From positions 1-56,100 of the forward strand of contig JANWLS010000112.1 in assembly GCA_025450765.1 (NCBI GenBank): a stretch of DNA of 56,100 nt, given 5' to 3'. The stretch comes from Vicinamibacterales bacterium (GTDB lineage Bacteria; Acidobacteriota; Vicinamibacteria; Vicinamibacterales; CAVVIG01). This document shows positions 27,301 to 35,654 of the stretch, one piece after another. Position numbers and translations under genes: made by a program. Numbering within the stretch: position 1 is the stretch's first letter; each line of letters begins with the position of its first letter. The notes beneath the pieces were generated by a model, which had not been told where the DNA came from, did not search any database, and worked only from the letters and a program-made list of their open reading frames with translations.

Positions 27301-27492
27301 GCGTCCGAACGCCGTGCCCGCGGCGGCCATGCTCAGGGCGCCGATGCCGGTACTCGTGCCGATCTCCAGGATAGTGCGTGGCGCGTGGAGCAGGACGAGC
27401 GACGCCAGGAAGGTGTACTCTTCGGCCGAGCAGGCGTTTCCGCCGCCGAAGTCCATCTGCTCCAGCTGTTCGAGATCGAGCAGGTACGGCAT
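24313..27492 (-). CDS. multidomain enzyme: class I SAM-methyltransferase + GT-A-like glycosyltransferase module(s) + Rossmann-like segment + C-terminal TPR repeats
   Basis: The ATG at 27492 (MPYLLDLEQ) lies 7 nt after the upstream stop. MTase segment: LHAPRTILEIGTSTGIGALSMA...VFIDGDHGEDG. GT-A-like segment: IVLTGRNDGFGG...TLVEWNP...TSNTDIFYS...GAGDFLLLDRASYHRVGGFNE. The C-terminus has TPR-like repeats. Paralogous to 31503-33746. Confidence 0.75.
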   Translation of the reverse strand: MPYLLDLEQLEQMDFGGGNACSAEEYTFLASLVLLHAPRTILEIGTSTGIGALSMAAAGTAFGRDCRVTTIDIPFGARTFASGLARNREISAAVRPDIDGAIEFLVGDSRDLLPKLATEGRTFELVFIDGDHGEDGVRADWRNVLALRPKVVVLHDSVHHASVARFVDELKGCYEQVTFAYPPGHVSGTSITDVGFVPDSNRSYKAAAECPGFTVFTNVSAARGQGQHEIVRSGHETADRLLRAGAINPAQIHELYREFGFSAELERPGLAAGGGTLEIVLTGRNDGFGGQDFNERMFAAAAFNHRALTEAGIPHEFTLVEWNPTPGRPLLADIIRERLPWWTRAYVVSPAWHEKLCENPRLVFMEFFAKNVAIRRSQADWILTSNTDIFYSRDVIECLARGPLVPGTLYRALRIDVDRRVGWREATWDLFENCRNHLRRNEVEPPYYVNGAGDFLLLDRASYHRVGGFNELVKFAKIYKDGQFCIQCHRHGLPSRMIGEIFHLDHDGSFVTAVQKYGDKHEAAPFGPWWDSSKPYVNRRDWGLTAAVEVSEGPSAVRLFTPEERGPNLSVICPVPSGAASIERLVATYEHSGAEILLSVEDGVPVPAFDASLVHIVRGRTRTVAINEALARAKGRRICLLATAAECAPRDVAQLMRRFDQDPELMALSCAGTPASNRPASVLLFRRETYERLGGLDELASMPLLEFWRRIQEAGGAEEANVGVRMLSSGGTADWMLDSSIEKEWSELAFGSPGTSDIPCLLLRDYRRRTLRLQGALIARLRVLLPPQTTAVRILGLDAVMTPLLVAAVRQLNLRITAIYTDDAQYAGEIWAGIPIRSAAAIARDDRAPAVLGSQTAADRYAAYSRLPYEQVVNPFAVDAPIGIEASFDFPLSALAEARSLRDDDRVEEAYSVYARMLGLEETDAELQSGVLFEAAHLAARSGRHRVAARLYRRLVRNGAEPRALMAQRLASAYREIGRPDLARRYYNRALRHQKAPPDIEAQIRASCHFHLGELDLQEDRRAQARRHFLRALAAQPSHGKAAAYLRELEAGSPSAEAA

Positions 27493-27499
27493 GGCGTGC

Positions 27500-28261
27500 T
27501 CAGCTCCGTCTGAGGAGATCGAACCAGTTGAAGTCATCGTCGTGAAAGTTGAAGGCGAGGACCGGATCGAAGCGTCGCGGCGCCAGCAGAGAAAGGACTT
27601 TCGGCAGGTCGTACCATTCCGCCCAGGGTGTCCCCTCCCCATCCGTGTTTACGCCCCACCGGGCGAACGGAACCGCACCGTCGCGCACCCACCGCTCCCG
27701 CGGATAGGCGAGCTGAATCCAGCGTCCGCCGATGCGCAACTTCGGGACGAGGCACGCCACTTCCTGCTTCATGAAGTCGAACGGCGCGTGATGGAGCGAT
27801 CCCTGCGCCCAGATGACGTCGAAGCTCTCATCCTCGAGTGCGCACAGTGACGACAAATCCTCGATATGCAGGAAGCAGACGTGATGAAGGCCGAGCGCCC
27901 GCGCGAGACGTTCGAGCACGCGAAGGTTCTCGGCCACAATATCGGCGCAGGTGACGGAGGCTCCTGCCTGCGCCCAGGAGAGCGCGTCGAGACCGAAGCC
28001 GCTGCCATAATCGAGGACCCGCGCACTGGTCAGCAGCGGCTGGTAGAGCGTGTGATACCAGCCGCGCATCTCCCATCGCGATCGTTCTGCGTTTCTGATC
28101 GATTCCCAGCAGGCGACGAGACGATCGTCTGTGAGCGTGGCGAGCTGACGAGAAGAGAGCCTCTCGCCATCGACGTCACCCGGAATCTCGTGCCACTTGC
28201 CGCGCAACCTCCCGAACCAGTCATCCAGGATGACGTTGGTCGTCGCTGCGCTCCGTACCAT
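27500..28261 (-). CDS. class I SAM-dependent methyltransferase (tandem paralogue A)
   Basis: Motif I VLDYGSGFGLDALSWAQAGASVTCADI, then FDVIWAQGSLHH. The start is taken at the ATG at 28261 (MVRSAATT...), 4 nt after the paralogue's stop. Its C-terminus ...DDDFNWFDLLRRS mirrors that of the neighbour. Confidence 0.75.
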   Translation of the reverse strand: MVRSAATTNVILDDWFGRLRGKWHEIPGDVDGERLSSRQLATLTDDRLVACWESIRNAERSRWEMRGWYHTLYQPLLTSARVLDYGSGFGLDALSWAQAGASVTCADIVAENLRVLERLARALGLHHVCFLHIEDLSSLCALEDESFDVIWAQGSLHHAPFDFMKQEVACLVPKLRIGGRWIQLAYPRERWVRDGAVPFARWGVNTDGEGTPWAEWYDLPKVLSLLAPRRFDPVLAFNFHDDDFNWFDLLRRS

Positions 28262-28265
28262 GTCG

Positions 28266-29030
28266 TCAGCTGCGCCGGACCAGGTCGAACCAGTTGAAAT
28301 CGTCGCCATGAAAGTTGAAATCCAGGATTCGATCGAAGCGATGTGGCTCGAGCAGCGCCGTCAGCTTGCCGAGGTCATACCATTCGCAGTACGGCGTGGT
28401 CTCTCCATCGGTCATCGCGCCCCAGAGGTCGAAGGACGGCGCGCCCTCCCGCATCCAGCGCTCTTTGGGATACGCGAGCTGAATCCAGCGCCCGCCGATC
28501 TTCAGCTTCGGGACGACCTGTGCCACCTCCCGCTTCATGAAGGAGAACGGCGCGTTGTGCAGCGATCCCTGCGCCCACAGCACGTCGAACGAGGCGTCCG
28601 CCAGCGCGTCGAGCGCGGAGAAATCGTGAAGATGGACGAACTCGACCTGCCCGAGACCGAGTGCGGAGGCCACACGTTTCAACACATCGAGGTTGCTCGG
28701 AACAATGTCGGCGAACACGACGGAGGCGCCCGCCTCAGCCCAGGTGAGGCCGTCGATGCCGAAGCCGCTGCCGTAGTCGAGCACGCGCGCGCCACGCATC
28801 AGCGGGCGATACAGCGCGTGATACCAGCCGCGCACCTCCCACTGCGCCACGTCGCGATCCCGCACCGATCGCCAGCGTCCCACGAGCTGGTCATCACGCA
28901 GGGCCAGCAGGTCCCGCGAGTGTAACCGTCCTTCGAAGACGTGGCCGGGCACTTCGCCCCACTTGGTGCGAAGCTTGTGCAGCCACTCCTCCGTCGAGAC
29001 GTCTGCAACGTGTGCCGCGGGAGATGCCAT
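28266..29030 (-). CDS. class I SAM-dependent methyltransferase (tandem paralogue B)
   Basis: VLDYGSGFGIDGLTWAEAGASVVFADI, FDVLWAQGSLHN, ...GDDFNWFDLVRRS. It is colinear with 27500-28261 over its whole length. ATG at 29030 (MASPAAHV); an alternative GTG lies at 29042. Confidence 0.75.
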   Translation of the reverse strand: MASPAAHVADVSTEEWLHKLRTKWGEVPGHVFEGRLHSRDLLALRDDQLVGRWRSVRDRDVAQWEVRGWYHALYRPLMRGARVLDYGSGFGIDGLTWAEAGASVVFADIVPSNLDVLKRVASALGLGQVEFVHLHDFSALDALADASFDVLWAQGSLHNAPFSFMKREVAQVVPKLKIGGRWIQLAYPKERWMREGAPSFDLWGAMTDGETTPYCEWYDLGKLTALLEPHRFDRILDFNFHGDDFNWFDLVRRS

Positions 29031-29214
29031 TGCCTGCTCCACCAGATGGACGGCTGGCCGATTCCAGTGCCGGCCGGCCGGACAGACCGGTGCCCCGCCG
29101 TCGACCGGCCAGCACGGATGTGCATGGCTTTTCGCCCGGATATGCAGCTCGAGGCTGCCGGGGGGCCGTCGGCGCGGCGTCGGGATGGACGGGGAGCAAA
29201 CGGTGTTCCGGGAT

Positions 29215-29268
29215 GTCCGGGGTCCGAAGTCCGAGGTCCACTCCCTCGTCCGACGTCCAACGTCTATC
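29215..29268. repeat. heptad-phased GTCC(G/A)NN array
   Basis: gtccggg gtccgaa gtccgag gtccact (29215-29242), a 5-nt break, then gtccgac gtccaac gtctatc (29248-29268). The array overlaps the stop codon of the GT2-TPR gene and starts a 220-nt non-coding gap. Confidence 0.7.
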
Positions 29269-30400
29269 CGCGAGCGTCGGGTGAGAGAGGGGGAAGCTGG
29301 TCGCGCAACCGGCGCCGCGTGAGGCGGAGGGCCGAAGGCTGCGCCAGGTTGACGGCGGCGTCCTGATAGGCCGGTCGCAGGCGCGATGCGCGCGCAAATG
29401 CCTCCCGGGCGGCTTGGTCACGACCGGTGGTCGCGAGCACGACCCCGAGATTGTTCCAGGCAGCCGCATCGTCTTGGGAGTCATCGAGCACGCGGCGATA
29501 GCACGGCTCGGCCCGGCTCAACTCGCCGGCATCAAGGGCGAGATTTCCGAGATGAAACAGGAATGGCGGCTCGCCCGGCCACGTGTCCGCCGCGCGTCGG
29601 AGCGCTGCCTCGGCCTCTTGCGTGTCGCCCCGCCGCAGCAGGAACTCGGCCCAGACCAATGCCTGTCGGCGTCGTTCTGGAAACGCCTCGGTGATCGCCT
29701 GGAGCGCACGCACCGGATCCACGCGTCGAAGGGCGCCTGCTTCCCATCGGAACATGTACTCGCGGTCGTTGCTCAGATTGGTCGCGTGCCGCCGATACAA
29801 GGCCAGCGGCCGCTCGACATAGGCAAACGCGCCTCGTTCCGCCAGCCGCAGCCAGAGGTCGTAGTCCTCGCGCACGCCTTCCTGCTCACAGAAGCCGCCG
29901 ACGTCGAGCAGCGCCCGGCGCTGAACGCAGGCGCTATCCGTCGCGATCCAGTTCCGCTCGAGCAGCCACCCGAGCTGCCGCGACTGCGGCACCCGCTCGG
30001 AATCCAGGCGTGAGGCGTGGGCGTACGGCCGGCCGTGCGCGTCGATCGGCGTCACCGCCCCGTGACAGAGCACGGTCTGCGCGGCGGCTTCGAAGGCTGC
30101 GGCGTGTGCTTCGCACATCCCGTCGGCCGCGACGTTGTCGGCGTCGAGAAACGAGACCAGATCGCACTCGGTGGCGCGAATTCCCAGATTTCTCGCCGCC
30201 GCCACGCCAGCCGCCGGCGCCGACAGATACTGGATGCGCATCCGAAACGGCCGGAGCACGTCGGCGGTCTCTTCGGGCGATGAGTCGACCACGATCACTT
30301 CATCCGGGACACGACCCTGCTGAAGAAGGCTGCACAGGCACTCGGCCAGGTAGCGCGTCTGGCGATAGTGCGGCACGACGACGGCGAGCGTGGGCTTCAC
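29264..30400 (-). CDS. family 2 glycosyltransferase with C-terminal TPR repeats
   Basis: GT2 signature LAVVVPHYRQTRYLAECLCSLLQQ...VIVVDSSPEE...FLDADN. The C-terminal ~120 aa are TPR-like (AEAALRRAADTWPGEPPFLFHLGNLALDAG...). GTG start with a 4-nt overlap onto the upstream stop. Confidence 0.8.
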   Translation of the reverse strand: MKPTLAVVVPHYRQTRYLAECLCSLLQQGRVPDEVIVVDSSPEETADVLRPFRMRIQYLSAPAAGVAAARNLGIRATECDLVSFLDADNVAADGMCEAHAAAFEAAAQTVLCHGAVTPIDAHGRPYAHASRLDSERVPQSRQLGWLLERNWIATDSACVQRRALLDVGGFCEQEGVREDYDLWLRLAERGAFAYVERPLALYRRHATNLSNDREYMFRWEAGALRRVDPVRALQAITEAFPERRRQALVWAEFLLRRGDTQEAEAALRRAADTWPGEPPFLFHLGNLALDAGELSRAEPCYRRVLDDSQDDAAAWNNLGVVLATTGRDQAAREAFARASRLRPAYQDAAVNLAQPSALRLTRRRLRDQLPPLSPDARG

Positions 30401-31506
30401 GCCGCATCCCTCAACACGCGCTGGTACACCCCGATCGTCTGCCGCGCGGCGCGAGGCCAGGAGAACCGGGCCGCCTGCGGTGGGCCTGAGGCCCGAAGCC
30501 TGGCGCGCAGATCAGCGTCAGCATCGAGCGTGCGAATGGCGCCGGCGATCTCATCGCCTCGATCGGCCGCCACGAACAAGGCGCTCTCACCCGCCACTTC
30601 AGGCAAGGACGAATTGTCGGAGCAGATCACCGGAGCGCCGCACGCCATGGCTTCGAGCACCGGCAGGCCGAAGCCTTCGTAGAACGACGGATAGATGAAC
30701 CCGCGGCAAGCCCCATACAGGCTGGCGAGCTTCTCATCGCCCGGCGCCGGCACCACCCTCACGCGATCCGCCAGGCGCAGGCGATCGACCGCTTCGCGCG
30801 CGACGTCGGCGCCAGGTCCGCTGGCCGCGACGATGATGAGTGGCGAGGAAGCGGAAGACGCAGCATACGCGCGCAGCAGCCCCAGCAGGTTCTTGTGCGG
30901 CGCCGTCACGCCCACCGCCAGGAAGAAGCCGTCCGGCTCGACACCGAAGCTGGCCAGTGCAGCCCAATCGGGAGGCCTGGCCACGAAGCAGTCGTCTACC
31001 GCCGCATGGACCGTTGTGATGCGTTCCGGATCGACGTCCAGCAGCCGGACGAGGTCACGAGCCGTGTGATGGGAGTCCGCGATGACGGCGCGGCTCCGCG
31101 GAAGCCCACGACAGATCCGTTCGAACATCGCGCGAATCGGATCCGCGATGAGCGCCGGACAAACGAGGGGCGTCACGTCGTGAATCGTGCTCACGGCGGG
31201 CGTGACCACGGGAACCCATTGCCCTGTCAGTGAATGGAACAGATCGACGCCCGTCACCTCATCCGCCAGATAGCGATTCTCCTGGTCCGAATCCTGCCAG
31301 GTCGCGCGGGACACGACGACATCAGCCGATGTACCGGGCGGCAACACGAGATCCTCGGGGCGGTGGCGGTTCGAGATCAGCAGCCGGAAGGACAGCTCGC
31401 GACGAGCGGTGGTGAGCAGATGGTCGACGAGGTTGCGTGTATAGCGCCCGACACCACCGCGCGTGAAGTAGCCGCGCGCGTCGATGGCGACGAGCGGACG
31501 CCTCAC
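30397..31506 (-). CDS. family 4 (GT-B, group 1) glycosyltransferase
   Basis: The C-terminal GT4 motif FIYPSFYEGFGLPVLEAMACGAPVICSDNSSLPEVAG. GTG start overlapping the upstream stop by 4 nt. Confidence 0.85.
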   Translation of the reverse strand: MRRPLVAIDARGYFTRGGVGRYTRNLVDHLLTTARRELSFRLLISNRHRPEDLVLPPGTSADVVVSRATWQDSDQENRYLADEVTGVDLFHSLTGQWVPVVTPAVSTIHDVTPLVCPALIADPIRAMFERICRGLPRSRAVIADSHHTARDLVRLLDVDPERITTVHAAVDDCFVARPPDWAALASFGVEPDGFFLAVGVTAPHKNLLGLLRAYAASSASSPLIIVAASGPGADVAREAVDRLRLADRVRVVPAPGDEKLASLYGACRGFIYPSFYEGFGLPVLEAMACGAPVICSDNSSLPEVAGESALFVAADRGDEIAGAIRTLDADADLRARLRASGPPQAARFSWPRAARQTIGVYQRVLRDAA

Positions 31507-33746
31507 CGGGCGTATCCTGGCGCGAAGACGCCCTGCCGCCAGCGGTCGCGGATGGCCGGCGACAGCCGCGCTTCGAGCTTCGCCGCGTCCTTGGCGCGCC
31601 GGAGCACGGTGACGAGATACTCCCAGGCTTTGCCGTGGTCCGGCTGCTGCGTCAGCACGCCATCGAACACCTGGACGGCCCGCGCATCGTCATGTGAATC
31701 CGCCAGCAGGCGCCCCTGGTGAAACGCCGCCCGCGCGCGCAGGGACGCGTCAGGGTTGCGGGGATCGGCGGCGTCCGAGAAGAGACGAAGCGCCTCGATT
31801 GATCGGCCCTGTCGATCGCACAACAGGGCGGCGTCGTACGCATGGAGCGCCCAGTGCGGTCCTTCGAGGGCGGCGAGCGGCTCGATTCGGGCGAGCACGC
31901 CGTCGAGATGCTCTGTCTTGAGGTCGCGCGCCTGCGCCGCTCGAAGCCGGTCGAGCTCGGAGGGAATCCGGGGCGCCCGCGCGAGCGCAGGGTCGACGGC
32001 GAGCACATGAACGGCATGGCCGTAGCCGGCTGCCACGATTCGTTCGAGCATCATCGGCTGCGGAACGGTGACAAAGAGATCGGTCGCCGGCGACACCGCC
32101 AGATCCTCGATCGCCCGCATCCGCTCGCCCCAGTGCATCGTGCCGATTTCACGCCGGTCCGGGCTGAATACGCCGGCGCAGCGGCAGTCGGCCGCCTGCA
32201 GCGCCTCGATCAGCCAGGGCGTCGCCCAGTCGAGGCCGATGATGCCGCACTCAGCGCCACGGCCACCCTTCGCGGTCACGCGCGCCACGAAGTGCGCCAG
32301 CCAGCCGCGAATATCGGCGCTGGATGAAAGGTATTCGCAGACGGCGACGCTGCGCTCCTCGATACTCCCCTGCCTCGCCGGCTCCTGGGCCGTGCGCGCC
32401 ATCAGCCCGCGGCGTGCACGGATCGCGCAGCGGGCCGGGCCAGCCACAGGCGCTTCCCAGGCAGAGAGGAGATGCGGTTGACGGCTCGCCGCTGCGGTAA
32501 AGAAGAAGGCGCGCAGCGGATCGGACTCCGTCTGGTCCAGCCCCCCGACCTGCTCGTAGAGATCGCGCGACATCACGAGAGGCGCATCATCAACCCCAAG
32601 CCATCCGGACGCGGCATCCTGGACGACCGCCCACGACGGCACGCCAAGGTCGCCGGCACGTTCGCGGAGCTCGCGCGTGGCGGCCAGGCACTCGGCCGCG
32701 ACATCGGCCGTGAGCGGGCCCGGCACGATACAGAGGTACTTGCCATGGCTGCGCGCCAGGCCATCATTGATTCGATGGCTCACGCTGACGGCCGCGATGG
32801 CCGGCGCGATTTCAAGCTCCTCGCCGGGCGGTTCCGGATCGGGCACAGAGCCATCCGCGGAAATCACACTCAGCAGTGGACCGCTCACCGAGGGATGCTG
32901 CAAGGTCGTGATCCGGCGACCGGTCCGCTCCGCGACGGCCGACGCAAGCCCCCAACCGGGCTCGTTTTCGTACTCCACGCGGTAGTCCCATTCGGGACCG
33001 TACGGAGCCGTGGCGGAGCCCAGGGAGCTCCCCGCGTTCGCGTAGGAGCCGTCGTGATCGATGTGCCAGATGGTGCCCAGCACCTCGAAGGCGAGACCGC
33101 GGCGCCAGGCGCGATGGCAGAACTGGCCGTCTTTGTGAATCTTGGCGAAACGCACCGTCTCGTTGAAGCCGCCGAGCTCGTGATAGCTGTCGCGCGTCAG
33201 CAGCAGGAAATCGCCGGCTGAATTTCCATAGTCAGGGCCGCTCAGCCGGTTGACGCGAACCTGGTGGGCCGGATCGGCAAAGACCCGCTCATCGGGCTCA
33301 CGCCAGTTCACCCCGCGGTCGACGTCCACACGCTCCGCCCGATAGACGCACCGATCGCGCCAGTCGCCCCTGGCGAGGCGCTCGACGAGCGCCTGGGAGA
33401 AGAACACGTCGGAGTTCGTCGTCAGGATCAGCGGCGCCGGCGATCGACGGATTGCCGCATTCTTCGCAAAGAACTCCATGAACTGGAGGTGCGGATTCTC
33501 GGAGAGCCGCCGATGCCACTCGGCGGGCACGACGAAGCAGGCGTCCCACCACGGCAGGCGGCTCGTCACGATGGACGAGAGCGACTTGCGGCCGGGGATC
33601 GGATTCCACTCGACCAGCGTGAAGCGATGTGCCACGCTGGCGCGCTCGAGCGCCTGATGATTGGCCGACGCGGCGGCGCACAGACGGTCGACGAAGTCCG
33701 CTCCGCCGAACGCGTCGTTCCGCCCCGCAATGATGATGTCGATCAT
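31503..33746 (-). CDS. GT-A-like glycosyltransferase + Rossmann-like segment + C-terminal TPR repeats (paralogue of 24313-27492, lacking the methyltransferase domain)
   Basis: The ATG at 33746 (MIDIIIAGRNDAFGG) lies 5 nt after the upstream stop. IIIAGRNDAFGG...TLVEWNPIPGR...TTNSDVFFS...SAGDFLLLTRDSYHELGGFNE aligns colinearly with the larger paralogue. TPR-like C-terminus. Confidence 0.7.
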   Translation of the reverse strand: MIDIIIAGRNDAFGGADFVDRLCAAASANHQALERASVAHRFTLVEWNPIPGRKSLSSIVTSRLPWWDACFVVPAEWHRRLSENPHLQFMEFFAKNAAIRRSPAPLILTTNSDVFFSQALVERLARGDWRDRCVYRAERVDVDRGVNWREPDERVFADPAHQVRVNRLSGPDYGNSAGDFLLLTRDSYHELGGFNETVRFAKIHKDGQFCHRAWRRGLAFEVLGTIWHIDHDGSYANAGSSLGSATAPYGPEWDYRVEYENEPGWGLASAVAERTGRRITTLQHPSVSGPLLSVISADGSVPDPEPPGEELEIAPAIAAVSVSHRINDGLARSHGKYLCIVPGPLTADVAAECLAATRELRERAGDLGVPSWAVVQDAASGWLGVDDAPLVMSRDLYEQVGGLDQTESDPLRAFFFTAAASRQPHLLSAWEAPVAGPARCAIRARRGLMARTAQEPARQGSIEERSVAVCEYLSSSADIRGWLAHFVARVTAKGGRGAECGIIGLDWATPWLIEALQAADCRCAGVFSPDRREIGTMHWGERMRAIEDLAVSPATDLFVTVPQPMMLERIVAAGYGHAVHVLAVDPALARAPRIPSELDRLRAAQARDLKTEHLDGVLARIEPLAALEGPHWALHAYDAALLCDRQGRSIEALRLFSDAADPRNPDASLRARAAFHQGRLLADSHDDARAVQVFDGVLTQQPDHGKAWEYLVTVLRRAKDAAKLEARLSPAIRDRWRQGVFAPGYAR

Positions 33747-33751
33747 GGCCG

Positions 33752-34693
33752 CTACCAGCGAGCGTCGGCTTCGGCCTTGTGCGCCTCGTACCAGTGAATG
33801 GTCTTCGCGAGGCCGTCGCGAAGCGAGTGTCGGGGACGCCACGCCAGGTGCGTGCGCGCGCGTGCCGGGTCGAGCACTTTCACCGCCTGGCCGTCGGGCT
33901 TGTCACGCTCCCACACGAGCTTGCCGGCAAAGCCGGTGACGTCGGCAATCGTTTCGCTCAGCTCCTTGATGCTCGTGCCGATTCCGGTGCCGACGTTCAG
34001 CGGCAGCTCGCTGTCGTCGTAGGCGTCAGCGGCTTCCACAATCGCTTCGGCACAGTCCTCCACATAGAGAAACTCCCGGATCGGTCGACCCGTCCCCCAC
34101 AGCCGCACATCTGCAGCGTTGGCCTGCTTGGCTTCAACGAACTTGCGGATCAGAGCCGCGACGACATGGGAGCGATGGGGGTTGTAGGAATCCCACGGGC
34201 CGTACAGGTTCGTGAGCACGACGTGACTGGAGCTGAGACCATACTGCTTCCGATAGGCTCGGCCCTGCACCGACATGATCTTCTTGGTGATCCCGTAGTT
34301 CTCAACGCTCGGATGCACCGGGCCGGCCCAGAAGTCCTCCTCGCGCATCGTATTTTCGAGCTGCCCCGGGTACGAGCAGGCGGTGCCGACGACGAGGATC
34401 TTTCGGATCGAATCCACCTGGCGCGCGGCTTCGAACACGTTCGCACCCATGGTGATGTTGCGATAGTAGATCGTGGCCGGCTCAACGCCGTTGATGCCCA
34501 ATCCCCCGTAATAGGCCGCAGAATGAATCACGCGATCCGGCCGGACGGTTTCGAAGCACCGGACGGCGTCGTCGAGTCTCGTCAGGTCGAATTCAGCCGA
34601 GGTCGGCGTGGCCACATCGTGGCCGGCCCGTTTCAACCCGCAGACGATCTGCCGTCCCAGAAATCCCCGCCCGCCCGTCACCAGGTATCGCAT
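33752..34693 (-). CDS. fcl: GDP-L-fucose synthase family (Fcl/WcaG-like NDP-4-keto-6-deoxyhexose 3,5-epimerase/4-reductase)
   Basis: MRYLVTGGRGFLG; TNLYGPWDSYNPHRSHVVAALIRKFVEA...VRLWGTGRPIREFLYVED and DKPDG align closely with the E. coli Fcl motifs [28 protein letters not shown]...WGSGTPMREFLHVDD and SKPDG. No gmd partner is present in the window. Confidence 0.7.
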   Translation of the reverse strand: MRYLVTGGRGFLGRQIVCGLKRAGHDVATPTSAEFDLTRLDDAVRCFETVRPDRVIHSAAYYGGLGINGVEPATIYYRNITMGANVFEAARQVDSIRKILVVGTACSYPGQLENTMREEDFWAGPVHPSVENYGITKKIMSVQGRAYRKQYGLSSSHVVLTNLYGPWDSYNPHRSHVVAALIRKFVEAKQANAADVRLWGTGRPIREFLYVEDCAEAIVEAADAYDDSELPLNVGTGIGTSIKELSETIADVTGFAGKLVWERDKPDGQAVKVLDPARARTHLAWRPRHSLRDGLAKTIHWYEAHKAEADARW

Positions 34694-34727
34694 CGTCTCC
34701 CTCTCGATCCCATCGCTCGCGCCTGCG

Positions 34728-35654
34728 CTACGCCGCGTTCCGCCACTCGGATCGCTGCTTGATGAACGGCACCACCTGCAGGACTTCCCTGATGCCTTCG
34801 TCGAGCGTGATCGCGGCGCGGTAGCCGAGCCGGTTGATCTTTTCGTAACAGACCTCGTAATTCCGCTTGTCGAGGTCCTCGCCCACGGCCGCGTCGTGGA
34901 GATAGAACGGCTGGAACTGCTGAATCCGCTTCGCGACCTCGATCTTGGTGTAGTTCATGTCGGAGGATCCGACGTTGAACACCTGCCCCACCATCGCCGC
35001 GCTGTGCTCGAGGGCGAACGGATAGACCCCGGCCGCATCCCGCGCGTGCAGGAACGTCCGCCGGTGATGGCCTTCGAACATGATGATCTGCCGGTTGTGA
35101 TAGGCCTGGTAGCAGAAGTCGTTCACCAGCAGATCGAGCCGCAGCCGCGGGCTGAGGCCGAACACCGTGGCGAACCGCAGGCCGATGCCGCCCCGGTCGA
35201 GAACCAGGTGCTCCGCGTCCCGCTTCGTCCGGCCATAGAGCGTCAGTGGATTGATCGGCGTTTCTTCGGTGCATACCGTTTCGCACTGGCCATACGTGCT
35301 GCCGGTGCCGGCATAGATCAGGAGCTGCGACCGCGACACGGCGTCGCAGATCTGTTTCGTGCCGCCCACATTCGTCGTCTCGGCGAGCGTCGGATCGGCC
35401 GCGCACGCGGGATAGCCGACGATGGCGGCCAGGTGGATCACGCAGTCGGCGGCCTTCACGGCGGGCGCCACCACCGACGCGTCACGCACGTCGCCGTGCA
35501 GCACGGTCACGCGCGGATGCGCCGCGAAATGGAGGATCGGGCTGGGCCCGAACATGAAATTGTCGAGGAGCGTGACCGAGTGCCCCTCTTCGAGCAGCAT
35601 CGGACACAGCAGCGAGCCGATGTAGCCGGCCCCGCCCGTTACGAGAATCTTCAT
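34728..35654 (-). CDS. NAD-dependent sugar-nucleotide epimerase/dehydratase (extended SDR)
   Basis: MKILVTGGAGYIGS Rossmann motif and the catalytic YGRTK. ATGA overlap with the upstream gene (35651-35654). Confidence 0.8.
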   Translation of the reverse strand: MKILVTGGAGYIGSLLCPMLLEEGHSVTLLDNFMFGPSPILHFAAHPRVTVLHGDVRDASVVAPAVKAADCVIHLAAIVGYPACAADPTLAETTNVGGTKQICDAVSRSQLLIYAGTGSTYGQCETVCTEETPINPLTLYGRTKRDAEHLVLDRGGIGLRFATVFGLSPRLRLDLLVNDFCYQAYHNRQIIMFEGHHRRTFLHARDAAGVYPFALEHSAAMVGQVFNVGSSDMNYTKIEVAKRIQQFQPFYLHDAAVGEDLDKRNYEVCYEKINRLGYRAAITLDEGIREVLQVVPFIKQRSEWRNAA

